Positions 39,901 to 50,875 of a stretch of 64,000 nt of DNA are shown piece after piece. The DNA is taken from NCBI GenBank assembly GCA_013239625.1, contig MU053629.1:4367567-4431566 (forward strand). The letters are read 5' to 3'. This stretch comes from Lama guanicoe. Taxonomy: Eukaryota. Positions within the stretch are counted from its first letter, which is position 1, and each line of letters opens with the position of its first letter. The notes under the pieces are model-generated. The model ran no database searches. It worked only from the letters and a program-made list of their open reading frames with translations, and was not told the origin of the DNA. The translations under genes and the position numbers were made by a program.

Positions 39901-40510
39901 TCTAGCTATGTAAAGAGGTAATTGAGAATAGTGTAAGTAAATGTGGAATTTAATATTTATAATACATTTGTATCGCTTTCTTTTGGGTACAGAGACTTCA
40001 CTACTGATTTGCTCCCAAAGTATATTTGTGAAATACTATATCTGGGGAAAGGCAATTAAAGGAATAAGCTTTTCAGCGATCATGTAGTTGGGAAAGTCTA
40101 GGTTTCCCAATTTCTTTAAACTTTTAGAAGAAAAGGGGGAAATCTTTCCTTCCTGGGACTAGGCAAAGATTTATTGAATACCACAACAAAACCATAATCC
40201 GTAAGAGTAAAACAGTTAATATACTGGAATTCATCAAATTTAAAACTTCTACTCTTTGAAAAATAGTGTTAAGAAAATGAAAAGAAAAGCTACAGATTGG
40301 AAGTTAATATTTCAAAACACACATTTGATAAAGAATTTTTATCTAGAATATATAAAGAACTCACAAAATTCAACAAGAAAACAAGCAATCCAATAACATA
40401 ATGTACAAAAGGTTTGAACAAAAATTTGAACAAAGAAGATATATGGATGGTAAATAGATACATGAAAGCACACTTAACATTATTAGTCACTAGGGAAATA
40501 CAAATTAAAA
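36990..40510 (+). mobile_element. Large degenerate L1 ORF2 (endonuclease, RT and C-terminal region), split by a ~450-bp foreign insert at ~39666-40112
   Basis: EN motif 'gctggagatttcaat', 'aaatagatcatattct'; RT 'aggcaaggatgtcccctctcaccac…attcaacattgtactg'; ORF 38264..38461 MLPILHKFFHKIDKEETL…YEASITLI; many stops and frameshifts. Confidence 0.9.
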
Positions 40511-41200
40511 TAAGTCTTAATAAATTTAAGACGATTAAAAACATACCAAGCTTCTTTCCCAACCACAGTGGTAGGAAACTAGAAATCAACTACAAGAGAA
40601 AAACCAGAAAATTCACAAATATGTGCAGATTAAACAACATGCTCCAGAACAAGCAACAGGTGAAAGAAGAAATAAAAATGATCTTGAGACAAATGAAAAC
40701 ACAACACACTAAAGCTTAAGGACGCAACAAAAGGAGTCCTAAGAAAGAAGTTTATAGTGATGAACATCAACATTAAGAAAACAGAAAAACGTGAAATAAA
40801 TGACCTCACTGTACACTCAGAACGAACTAAGCCCAAAGTTATAATGAAGGAAATAAAAAAGATCATAGTAGAAATAAATAAAGCAGAGACTATAAAGACA
40901 AGAGAAAATATCAATTAAGTCGTTTTTAAAAAAAAATAAATTGACAAACCTCTGGCTAGACAAGAGAGAGAAAATTCAAATAAATAAAATCAGAAATGAA
41001 AGGAGACATTACAACTGATACCACAGAAATACTAAAGATAATAAGAAACCATTAGGAACAATTACATGCCAAAAAATTAGACAACCTAGAAGAAATGGAT
41101 GAATCCCTAGAAACATAAACCTACCAAGTCTAAATCATGAAGAAATAGAAAATCTGGAGCGATCACTCACTAGCAGAGAGAATCAATGATCAGTAATCAG
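40510..41200 (+). mobile_element. Second L1 ORF2 fragment (post-endonuclease region)
   Basis: The sequence restarts at 'agtcttaataaatttaag…aaactagaaatcaactac…aattgacaaacctctggctaga…gacaacctagaagaaatggat'. Confidence 0.85.
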
Positions 41201-41287
41201 AAACTATTGAACATTGTTCCTGAGGCCCTAGCACATGCAAAAAGACAAAACACGGAACGGAGAGAAGGAGACGGAGGGAGGGGTACA

Positions 41288-41670
41288 AGTCAGGGATGCA
41301 TGTGACTGCAAGTATCAGAAACCCTAACTTCCAGTGGCTTAAGCAATGAGGAGTTCATCTGTCTCATAAGAAATCAGGAAGTAGGGCGCCTAGGGCTGGT
41401 GGTGCTGATACACAGGGTTGTAACGACTCTCTTTCTACTTTACTTACTTTAGCATGCTTGATTTCACCCTCATGCTTGCCACCTCACAGTCCTAAGAGGA
41501 CTCCCGCAGATTTGGGCATTAACTTACCATTCCAGGCAGGAAGACGCGGAAACAGCGGTTCCAATCTCTTCCCAGAAGCCCCTGGATGGACTTCACTTCA
41601 CATCTCACTGGTCATGTGGCCACTGTTAGGTACAAGAAAGGCTGACAAAAATGAATGTCCAGGGATCAGA
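41288..41670 (-). mobile_element. Old MaLR/ERVL LTR (MLT1-like)
   Basis: 'ctgcaagtatcagaaacccta…cagtggcttaagcaa…tctcataagaa…ggtcatgtggccac'. Confidence 0.55.
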
Positions 41671-41789
41671 CTGGGTTAGGACTAGGACTGGAGACATACT
41701 TGTAGTAAATACTTAGTATGATAAATTATGCTTGGTCCAAACCATTTATGAAATTCTGTTCTCTGTTGGATATTAAATATACTTAATAA

Positions 41790-41887
41790 CTGGGACATAC
41801 TTATACTAAAGTATACTTGTTTATCTGAAGTTTAAATTTAACTGTGTGCCCTTTTAAAAAAAATGTTAGCTAAATCTGGAAACCCTG
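41790..41887. mobile_element. MER53-like hAT MITE (half copy)
   Basis: 'gggacatacttatactaaa…ttgtttatctgaagtttaaatttaactg…gctaaatctggaaaccct'. Confidence 0.75.
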
Positions 41888-42579
41888 GGAGCTGGGGATC
41901 TTATTACCTTAAAAAAATTAGGGTTCTAAAATTAGCAAGGAAGAAAGGAGGATGGCTTTGGGTAGACATGTATCAATAACTACCACAGAAGCACACAAGT
42001 TTCTCCATAAAGACAAGATTTTTTTTTCCCCTGACATTGATACTGGCAAAATTTATCATACAGATTTTTTCCAGAAGGGAAACTGAGTCACAATACAGGC
42101 AGTGCCTTAGAATACAGGCACGTTCTTCAAATGCACGTGCCCCATAAAATCCAAGGCTACATGAAATGATGAATTTAGTGCTAGAATTTCTGCAGGTAAC
42201 TAAGAAAAACTTTAAAAAAAATTTTTATAGATACCATTAACTGTAGATTATCCATGTGAATTTATCCTACCAAATTTCATTGAAATTTTCATGAATTCCC
42301 TTAAAAATCATGCCCACATCTCAGCTGCTATTTTGTTTCATCATGGGAATTTAACCATAAATCTCACTTGTCGGCAGGGAACTGAAAGTTAAACAGAACG
42401 TGTACTCAGCTTGCAGATAACAGGAAAAACTGGGTGAATATATGAACTCACAGTAGCCTGGGTGTATGGTATGAACTGATCTTCAGAAGCTGGAGAGCCA
42501 AGTCCAAGTGGATAATGGGATAGGAGAGCACAGAAGTCAAGGCAAAAACTTGCAGGCTTCGAATGGAATCTCCACACAC

Positions 42580-42778
42580 TACAGTCGTCCCTCATTCTCT
42601 GCGAGGGATTGGTTCCAGGACCCTCGGCGGATACCAAAATCCGCAGGTGCTCAAGTCCCTTATATAAAACGGTGACTTACAGTTGACCCTCTGTATCCTC
42701 GAGTCCCACATTTGCAGATTCAACCAACCGCGTATAGAAATTGGTTGAATCTGCGGATGCAGAACCCACGGCTGACTG
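42580..42778. mobile_element. MER2/MER8-like TcMar-Tigger MITE
   Basis: TA + 'cagtcgtccctc…gggattggttccaggacc…ggataccaaaatccgc…gctcaagtcccttatataaaa…ttggttgaatctgcggatgcagaaccc…gactg'. Confidence 0.8.
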
Positions 42779-43545
42779 GATAGCCAACTGCCAGGCTTGA
42801 GGAAGGTGGTGGGCGGTCTAACAGTCCAGGAGGATCACTGAAACCACAAAGGTGATGAAACTGGATTGGTCCGATGCAACCAAGAACAACTGCCTTTTGT
42901 GGCGGTGACTTTTAGCGCTAAGACTTTGGCATTCCTGCTGCTTTGTAAGAGATGGCTGAAGATACTCCTCGTGGTCCACTTGAGGCAGCGTGAGAGATGT
43001 GAGTCCTCAAAGTGCAATTCTGAATTGTATACTAACATGCTGTCTTTGATGGATATCAGTCAATTTTTTCGAAGATTGTTGTTATAAAACTGATAGAAAA
43101 GGGGTGTGGACTAAGGAAGTGAGTTGAAAGAAGCCTCAGTTTTTTGACTCAATTAACTATTTAAATAAATTATTTGTTCTCGTTCTTGGAAAGAGTAGCG
43201 TAAGGATTTTTCCCTCCTGAGGATGTGGCATTTCAGCTGTTGTAAAAGGCAGTTGAGTTTGCTGCCAGGCAACAGGAGAGACGCGATTTCTCTTCCAGGC
43301 ATCGTCTAGCATGTAAGCTTACCTCCCTGTGGACCAGATGTGTTCTCCAAAAGTTGTTGCTTATGGTTTAAATAATTTCAAAAATAATATTTACTTGTGT
43401 TTTTCATTTGTTTTTTTTAACCCTAAGCCGTTTAAATTCTTTAGAATCACGGTTTTAAATTGCACGATAGAATAGTCCATTTTATATAGTTATATTTATT
43501 TACCTTTTAAATGAACTTGGGAATACAGCTATTTAAAGAAATGTT

Positions 43546-43672
43546 GGTGGGGAGAGTATAGCTCTGGTGGTACAGAGTGTACTTAGCATGTAGGAGGTCC
43601 TGGGTTCAATCCCCAGGACCTCCATTAAAATAAATAAATAAATCCAATTACCCCCCCCAAGTTTTTTTTTTA
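43546..43672 (+). mobile_element. tRNA-derived SINE (vic-1-like)
   Basis: 'ggggagagtatagctctggtggtacagag…gaggtcctgggttcaatccccaggacctcc…aaataaataaataaatccaattacccccc'; TSD tttaaagaaat(g/c)tt. Confidence 0.9.
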
Positions 43673-43749
43673 AAGAAATCTTATAGGAGAACATTTTATA
43701 AGACAAAGATTACACACTAATGTTCTTGCTTTTAAAATTTGCCTTTTTG

Positions 43750-44040
43750 AGGCTACAAACTGTACGATTCCAACCAAACAACATGCCAGAAAAGGCACAG
43801 CTACAGAAACAATAAAAAGATCGTGGTTTCCAGGCGTTTGGGGAGAGGGAGGGAGGGAGGGATGAACAGATGGAGCACAAGGGATTTTTAGGGCAATGAA
43901 ATTATTCTGTATGATATTATTAGTGGTGGCTACACGTCATTATGCATTTGTCAAAGTCCATAGAATGTACAGCATCAGGAGTGAAACCTAATGTAAACTG
44001 TGGACTTTGGTTGATAATAATGTGCCCATGTTGGTTCAAA
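43750..44040 (+). mobile_element. L1MC-like 3'UTR fragment
   Basis: 'ggatgaacagatggagcacaagggatttttagggcaatgaaattattctgtatgata…gtgaaacctaatgtaaactgtggactttgg'. Confidence 0.75.
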
Positions 44041-44329
44041 AATAAAAAATAAAAATAAAAAGGAAAAAAATTTGCTTTTTCATATAGGAAGTTTGAATAA
44101 GGTGACCTAACCTTATATTCTGACGGAATTGTTGCCCTTCCAAGCTTTTTGCTTTCCTTTTGAAGTCAATGATCACAAACATTTCATTGAATTGATACAA
44201 GAATGACTGGCAGGGAACAGTGACTGGGTGACAGAGCCATCTAACTTTCAAGGTGCAAACCCAGTAGCATCACCAATGAATCAGCCTCTCTTTCTGGAAG
44301 AGGTAACATTGCACCACCTCCATCCACAG

Positions 44330-44400
44330 CCTCTCGCCAGAGACCACAGTTGATTCCAGTGGAAATGAAGAATCTCTCTCCCAAGAAACAGAGACCAAAG
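44330..44400 (+). CDS. IQCH: IQCH internal coding exon (71 nt, 5' boundary uncertain): (A)SRQRPQLIPVEMKNLSPKKQRPK
   Basis: Donor CCAAAG|gtattc at 44400/44401; peptide ends PKKQRPK, similar to IQCH 'PKKQRSK'; in-frame phase-1 acceptor ccatccacag|CC. Alternative upstream acceptors exist (see findings). Confidence 0.75.
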
Positions 44401-45279
44401 GTATTCACATTCCTAACTAATGAAAGAAATTTGTTCTGATTTACAATATATTCAGTGAGATCTTTGGTATTACGCACATAGAATATAGTTGTACCTTTCA
44501 CATAGAAGTAAATACTATTTATTATTATTTATGCTGCTGGAATGCACTTGATTTTAAATGGGGAAGTAGTTATGCAAGTAAACTCTACCGTGACAATATC
44601 TGTAGGTTCCAAAAAATTCAGTCCGGTTGCATTATTTTGAGACGAACTAAATGGGTCAGTCTATACTGCGACCTGGTCAACGGCCCAGGTGTCCAGAATA
44701 AAAGACTTACTGTTTTAGATCCAAATTTGTGTCGCATAAGGTATGTTGTTGTGAGGTTTCCTTTATCTTTCAGCAGAGGATAAAAAAGCAAGCGCTCCAA
44801 TTTTGCGTAGATCCTTAATGCGGAAGAGAAAGGAACCGTGCATTCTCTAGCATTAGGACCTCACGGTACAACATGCGCATCCTTACGGAGCGTCCCCTGG
44901 GTTAGAGGTGCTGTTCTTCAGTAGCTTGCTTGCTTATGTTTGTGAGCCACAGGCTTGTGATAATTGAAACTTTTCCCCATAAAAGGAGACAGCTGGCAGT
45001 GGTTTTTTTTTTCTGGGCTTACCCTGTGTGGTCATGTTTACAGCTGCTCCCATTGGGAAAAAAAAAAAGGAATGAAAGAAAGAGAAATTGAAGAGTGGCA
45101 CAGAAGTTAATCCTACTGTGTCTATATAGTAAACTGTTCCCTGTTCTTTCCAGACTTCATCTTTTAATGCTTACATCTTCCTCAGGATGTTTTCACGGTA
45201 TTTGCGACACTGGTGGGCTGTCCCCCCGCTTAAGAGATTTCCAAGCTGTTTATGTGGCAACATGTCATGTGACACCTCG

Positions 45280-45293
45280 GTTGCCATGGCAAA
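45280..45293. promoter_or_regulatory. Near-perfect palindromic RFX X-box (GTTGCCATGGCAAA)
   Basis: 13/14 match to the canonical GTTGCCATGGCAAC; the motif is directly visible, but function is not shown. Confidence 0.5.
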
Positions 45294-46173
45294 TATTTGT
45301 GTTTCATGAAAAACGTGGGTTTAAAAAAAAAAATCAATGTAAATGGGCAAGCCCCAAGACAGACAGGCCTTCAGGCTAGTGTTTGGCCGGCGCCATGACT
45401 GTTTCAAATTCAGCTGTTTAACAGGCTGCGCAAGGGCCAGGGGCTCATGTGCATAATGGGAACACACAGGGCACCTGTTCTGATTCTCACCCCGTTCAGT
45501 ATCTCAGGCCCCACAGTTTTATAGATAACAGATCTGCAGATAATACAGACATGACTAGGTTTTATCCAGTAAGTGGTCTACCTCAAAAAAAAAATTTTTT
45601 TTAAATAATGACATTTCCTGAGTGCCAACTGACCCTGCCTTTAATTTCGTCTCTATTGACTTCATAAAGCTTTCCCCTACTGCTAGAAGCAGAAATATTT
45701 AAAGACTTTCCCGAGGTCCCGAATGGGCACGTCTCTGAATTGACTCCTCAATGGTAAATGAAATAATCCATTTACTCTGCGAGAAGTGTCCTAGCAATGA
45801 AGTTAAAAGGCTAAGAGAAAAAACTGAGATATGCCCGGCCTCATGACAGAGGGAGGACGGTGCTGGGATCGGTCCCCACCGCCGGGCAGTGTGGTGCCCC
45901 ACAGAGAAAGCCTTCCTTGTAAGTACTTCTCTGTGTGTCCCCTAGAAGTGAGACTTGGCATCTGATGATGGCTGATTTTAATATTTACTTTGTCAAACTC
46001 TTCAAAGCAAACAGGGCCTTTGGCAAGCAGAGCATCACTGTGTGGGGTAGGAAAGGTCTTTCTAATTATTAGCTCCTGCCTGCGTGGAAAGAGGGAAGGG
46101 GCTGGCTCAGCAGTTTTGTAAAACTGCCCGTGAGAGTTGTTTTGATTTAACTGTGTCTCATTCTTCATTGCAG

Positions 46174-46212
46174 GGGAGAGGCAGAAAGTCAAGAGGATAT
46201 CATGATAGGAAG
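46174..46212 (+). CDS. IQCH: IQCH micro-exon (39 nt): GRGRKSRGYHDRK
   Basis: Acceptor ctcattcttcattgcag|GGG and donor AAG|gtctgt; phase 0-0; resembles IQCH 'GKSRRSRGHHDRK'. Confidence 0.9.
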
Positions 46213-46819
46213 GTCTGTAATTTGTGTGACTAGTTGAAATTTGGGGTCTGTCACCTGATGTCCCTTCCTTTTGCTGCAGGGCAAAAGTATGCGAGGCGGG
46301 TTTGACAGCTGGAGATGACAAAAGTTCTTTCGCTCTCCTTTTATAAAAGAAATTGAATCATGTTTTCAGAAAACGAAACCAACATGGTTCATTTAGAGTG
46401 AAAACCCGTTTTCCCCCCTCTTGTTGGGACTGAATTGTTTCTCAGGCTTCAGTCCAAAAAATGTGATCTGGAACACTCGAATTTGGCTGAATCACATGAG
46501 TCTTCAACCTCAATCCAAGACTTTCATCTTCTAAAAGTACACTTAAAACGAATAAAAGCTGCAAAACAACTTCAGTTGTCTTCCAGCGTGTGTGTGTGGG
46601 TGTGTGCGTGTGTGTTTATACACGTGTGCACACGCATACTGCATGTGATGGAACAGGTAAGGCTGTGGAATTTAGAGTTCAGCCGGCCAAAAGAAACAAG
46701 GTAACCAAAAAGTTGGAAAAATAAAATAGTCCTCACAATGGCAAGTACACCCCAGCAAGGAACATTCCATAGGGCTACACATGGGTAATAAAAGTTCTGA
46801 GCATCCAACTAGTAAGAGA

Positions 46820-47000
46820 GCAAGAAAGAGCTGGATTCTCTTCTTACCAATAGACGAGCTTTGAGCAAATCACTTCAATTCTCTGCACCCCACTTTCCTT
46901 CTCTGAGAAATGGGGCTAATACCCCCTTTCTCTAGGGTGGCTGTGAGGGTTAGAGGAGTTAATGTGTGTGAAAGTGCTTTGGAACAATAAAGCGCTTGTT
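46820..47000 (+). mobile_element. MIR SINE
   Basis: 'ttgagcaaatcacttcaattctctgcaccccactttccttctctgagaaatgggg…gctgtgagggttag…gaaagtgctttggaaca'. Confidence 0.75.
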
Positions 47001-47016
47001 TCGTAACTCACTAGTC

Positions 47017-47170
47017 TTTTTTTTTTTAATTGAAGTGTAGTCAGTTACAACGTGTCAGTTTCCGACCTCCAGCACGGTGTCCCAGTCATGCACACACATA
47101 CATATATTCGTTTTCATATTCTTTTCCATTAAAGGTTAGTACAAGCTGTTGAATATAGTTCCCTGTGCTC
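47017..47170 (-). mobile_element. Short lineage L1 3' end with TSD-like ctagtct
   Basis: Poly-T 'aattgaagtgtagtcagttac…gaatatagttccctgtgct'. Confidence 0.85.
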
Positions 47171-48658
47171 TCTAGTCTCTTTTCAAGAGCGTCTTCTAGA
47201 CCTCCCTCTCTCGGTGATCTTATCAGTAAGAATTTCAGAGGGAGTTTAGTCACCCCTTTCCAAGGAAAAAGAGCCACGTCTTGGGTCTCCTCATCGTCCT
47301 GCAGAGCTGGGCGTAGACAGGGCTGTCGTCACAGCAGTGACTGCACACTGCTGTGCTGGACCTGGACAGAACGCTGCCCCGAGATGAACCAATCAATGCA
47401 ATTCGATCCTCTAACCTCCCTTGACTTCTTGCTATGAGAAAATTGTGAGCTTGCTTCTACTTTGAAAAATAGGAGGCACTTTAAGAAAACGAAGGCAGTG
47501 TTTATCTGGACTTTTTCTAACAGCTGATGTTGACTGAGCATGTTCTTAGAACATGGCATTAAGCATGGCACATACCCACTGAATGCTCACAGCAGCCCCT
47601 GGACCTCCGTACCATCATTGCCCTCAGGCCACACAGCTGGTGCGGAGGATCCAGAGTCTGGGCCCCTTCCACATACCAGGTCATGAGCTTTTCCACACGG
47701 GCTGGTTTTCCAAATTCTACTACTGCCACTACCAGCAGCTAACATGCATTGTGTGCTTACTCTGTGTCAGGCACTGTTCCTAGCACTTTCCTGGGAGCAT
47801 CTCACTTCACAACCTCGCTGTGCAGCAGGTACTATGGCTGTTCCCATTATACCGGGAGGTCCTAGATACAGAGAGGTGAAGGGCATCCAACTAGTAAGTG
47901 ACAAGAGCCAAATCCAAAACTGAACTACAATGACTGCCAGAGTCCCAGATTAGACATTTGAAAATAATCTCAATCATTCTTCATGCAAATCTTTCTAAAA
48001 GATAGTCTATCTCTGCCTTCCTAATGTAATCTGAACATTTTCTCTATCCAATATCATATACGCATATGTACAGTTTCTGGTGTCTTTTTTTGGTTTGTTT
48101 CCTTCAATATCAGGATAGGAGTTGTCACCTCTGCTCTCATGTTTGCTTTTATTGGCTCTCAACTTAACAGCCTTCTAGATCATTTAACCAAGTACATTTG
48201 AGTGAATGACAAGTTTGAATCAATCAGGATCTGCATGAGGAGCCAAAGAATAAAATAACAAACCAGAGTGGAGTTGTGTTGATTTGCGGAGCCCAAAATA
48301 CTGGAATATCACTCTTTGAGGCTCTCTCCCCTTGACTATCTTTACACCTGGTTTGTGCAGGCAGCTATTCCTCTACTGTGGTTTGTAAGTTGCTAGAAAG
48401 AGCTTCCTATCCAAAACAAAATTGAAAAGGAAAAAAAAAGATCCCTGGGCCTTTTTCAGGGTACATGAAGTGAAACTATTGGAGATGTTTGCCTTTGATC
48501 TGATGGCCTGACTAGCTCCAGGAGTTTGTGACACATGGATACTACTGGAGAGGTACCACTTTACATCAGAGTGAGGGAGGGTGTCAAAATTAGAAGCGCC
48601 CTGATGGGAGCTGAAGCCTCATGGGGGAAGTGACTTCCCAAGGCCACAGAGAAAGGTG

Positions 48659-48807
48659 GTGACAGCCTAGATCCCAGATCCATCACTTTTCCATCACACC
48701 ATGGTTCTCTGGCATGTTCATAGGAAGTGACAGTCTAGATCCCAGGTTTTCTTACTTCAGATCCATCACTTTTCCATCACACCATGGTTCTCTGGCATGT
48801 TCATAGG
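48659..48807 (+). repeat. Local tandem duplication (50-bp identical core: 48675-48724 and 48758-48807)
   Basis: cagatccatcacttttccatcacaccatggttctctggcatgttcatagg occurs twice, exactly. Confidence 0.95.
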
Positions 48808-49174
48808 GATTCGTTTTACAGATTGCTTTCCAAGTAAGAAAAGATCAGCAGGTCAAGGCCAGGTTGACTCTGATGTAGGTGATGGCAAAAGGCAGGCTGA
48901 GAAGAAGAGCACAGCTTGGTTAAGGGCTATAGGGACGTTCTGGACAGTGAGGGCTGTGGGCATTGGTGGGATGGGGTAGGGAACAGCAACTAGCTGTGTG
49001 ACCTTGGGTAAGTCACTTAACCTCTCTGAGCCTCAGTTTCCTCATCTATAGTAATAGCCACAGGGACTGGAGGAAAGGCAGTCAAAAATTCTTCGCATGT
49101 ATTAACGATCTTCACAACAACTTTACAGAGACCTCTCATTTTTGTAGATGAAAAACATTTAGTTTCAGAAAGGA

Positions 49175-49522
49175 TGTTGTCTTTGTCCGCTCAGGCTGCC
49201 ATAACAAAATCCCACAGACTGGGTGGCTTAAATAGCAAACATCTATTTCTCACGATTCTGGAGGCTGCAAGTCCAAGGTCAGAATGCCAGTGTGGCTGGG
49301 TTCTGGTGAGAGCCCTGGTTTGCTGGTTCGCAAGTGGCTGCTTTCTTGCTGTGTCTTCACGTAGCAAAGAAAGAGATCACACCTTTTTTGTCTCTTCTTA
49401 CAATGGCACTAACCTCATCACGAGGGCTCCATTCCTCATGTCCTAATTACCTCTCAAAGGCCCCATCCCCAAATGCTGTCACCCTGGGGACTTGTGGAGA
49501 CACCAGCATTCAGTCTATAGCA
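49175..49522 (-). mobile_element. MLT1A-like MaLR LTR
   Basis: 'tcaggctgccataacaaaatcccacagactgggtggcttaaa…tttctcacgattctggaggctgcaagtccaagg…cattcagtctatagca'. Confidence 0.85.
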
Positions 49523-50697
49523 GGTGGGTAGTTGCCCGAGAGCACACAGCACACGGCAGCAGAGTATGGACTTGATCCCAGGTTAGCCAGACTTCAAGGC
49601 CAAGGCTCATTTCCCTGGATCCATAATATCCTATTTGAGTTAAAGGCGAGGCCGGTGACCTTCAAGATCCCTCGTGCTCTAAAATTCAGGCCTGTGGTTA
49701 TGCTGAATCCCTGAGCCTTGATCCGATCAGCTACTTTCTCTGAATACTGTATGTATCTTTCAAACAAGGCTAGCAAACTGAGGTCTTGATGCCTGTTCCA
49801 TACAAAGTTTAACACATTGTGGACCTTCAGAAATATTAAAAAAAAACAGGCCAGACAAATGGCATGCCTGGTCTTCAGGGAGCAGTGACTTCTCCATCTC
49901 TGAGGATCACTCCATTCACACTCTGGACTAAGTCTAGAGCCACAGTGGCAGGAGCAACTTGCTCTTTTCCACACAGTGGCAGATGGATACATCTGGGTGT
50001 TTGCAAAACTGAACTTACAGATTCGAAAGTGATTTAGTCTACCCTTCTAGGCAAGTCACTCTCTGAAGATGATATCCACATTTGATGATCCCAAATACTT
50101 GACCATTTACCACCAGGAGAACTTGTTTACATCCAATTTAGAGATCCTTGGCTACAGTTTAATCCTACATCCACATGCTCTCCACATGTTTGAAAAGAAC
50201 ATTTTTCATAAAGACATTCGGTTTAGATTTAGACATATGTCCTTTTTTCTGGAATTTTTCTTCGTGGCAGTTAAGGGTAAATTTCAGAAGCTAATACTGG
50301 GCCTGTGTTTTCGGCTTCACGTCTGTGACTTACTGACATATGTGATCATCACCCTGTCTTCCTGTTTTTTTTGTTTTCGACTTAGAAGTTTCCCTAAATA
50401 ATTGCTCCAGAAACTCTCAAAGGTGCCTAGTTAGTGATTATACTTTGCAAATGAAGACAGGCATTTCCCAGCTAGTTGACTCAAGTTAGAGCAGGAGGCT
50501 AATAATCAGGCCATGGCCACAGGTTTGGGCTCTGTGTGGGCCACGTGGCGAGAGCAGGCGTCTCACAAAGGTGTGGCCACATCCCAGAAAGGACCAGGTG
50601 AGAATGCAGGTGCCACAACAGAGAGCCATCCCCACCAGGAGGGAACAGTGTGGCGACTGAGTGTAACACTGCATTGGGAGTACAGCACATGGTGCAC

Positions 50698-50875
50698 AAA
50701 AGAGAAGGGAGAGAGAGAGGGTGGGAGGAAGGGAGGGGGGAGGATGGGATGGGGAGGGGGGAGGGAAGAAGGAGGTGGGGGAGGAAAGAAAAGAAGGGAG
50801 GGTAAAATGGGAGGGAAGGAAAGAAGGGAGGTAGGAAGGAAGAAAGAGACTGCAGGCAGGAAGAAAGGAAACAAA
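50698..50875 (+). repeat. Polypurine (GA/G-rich) low-complexity tract
   Basis: ~175 nt almost entirely A/G with many G3+ runs. Confidence 0.9.

Noticed and set aside
36990..41200. Potentially intact or active L1 ORF2
   Set aside because: Many stops and frameshifts, insertions and no ORF1/5'UTR; it is a fossil.
45803..46321. 172-aa antisense ORF overlapping the 39-nt IQCH exon
   Set aside because: Non-ATG start and no recognisable domain; consistent with a chance ORF.
48821..48862. Possible extra basic exon (acceptor gttttacag|ATTGC…KKRSAGQGQ)
   Set aside because: The true K/R-rich micro-exon is at 46174-46212; in the phase-0 frame required after that exon this one reads IAFQVRKDQQVKA, with no IQCH similarity and only weak donors.
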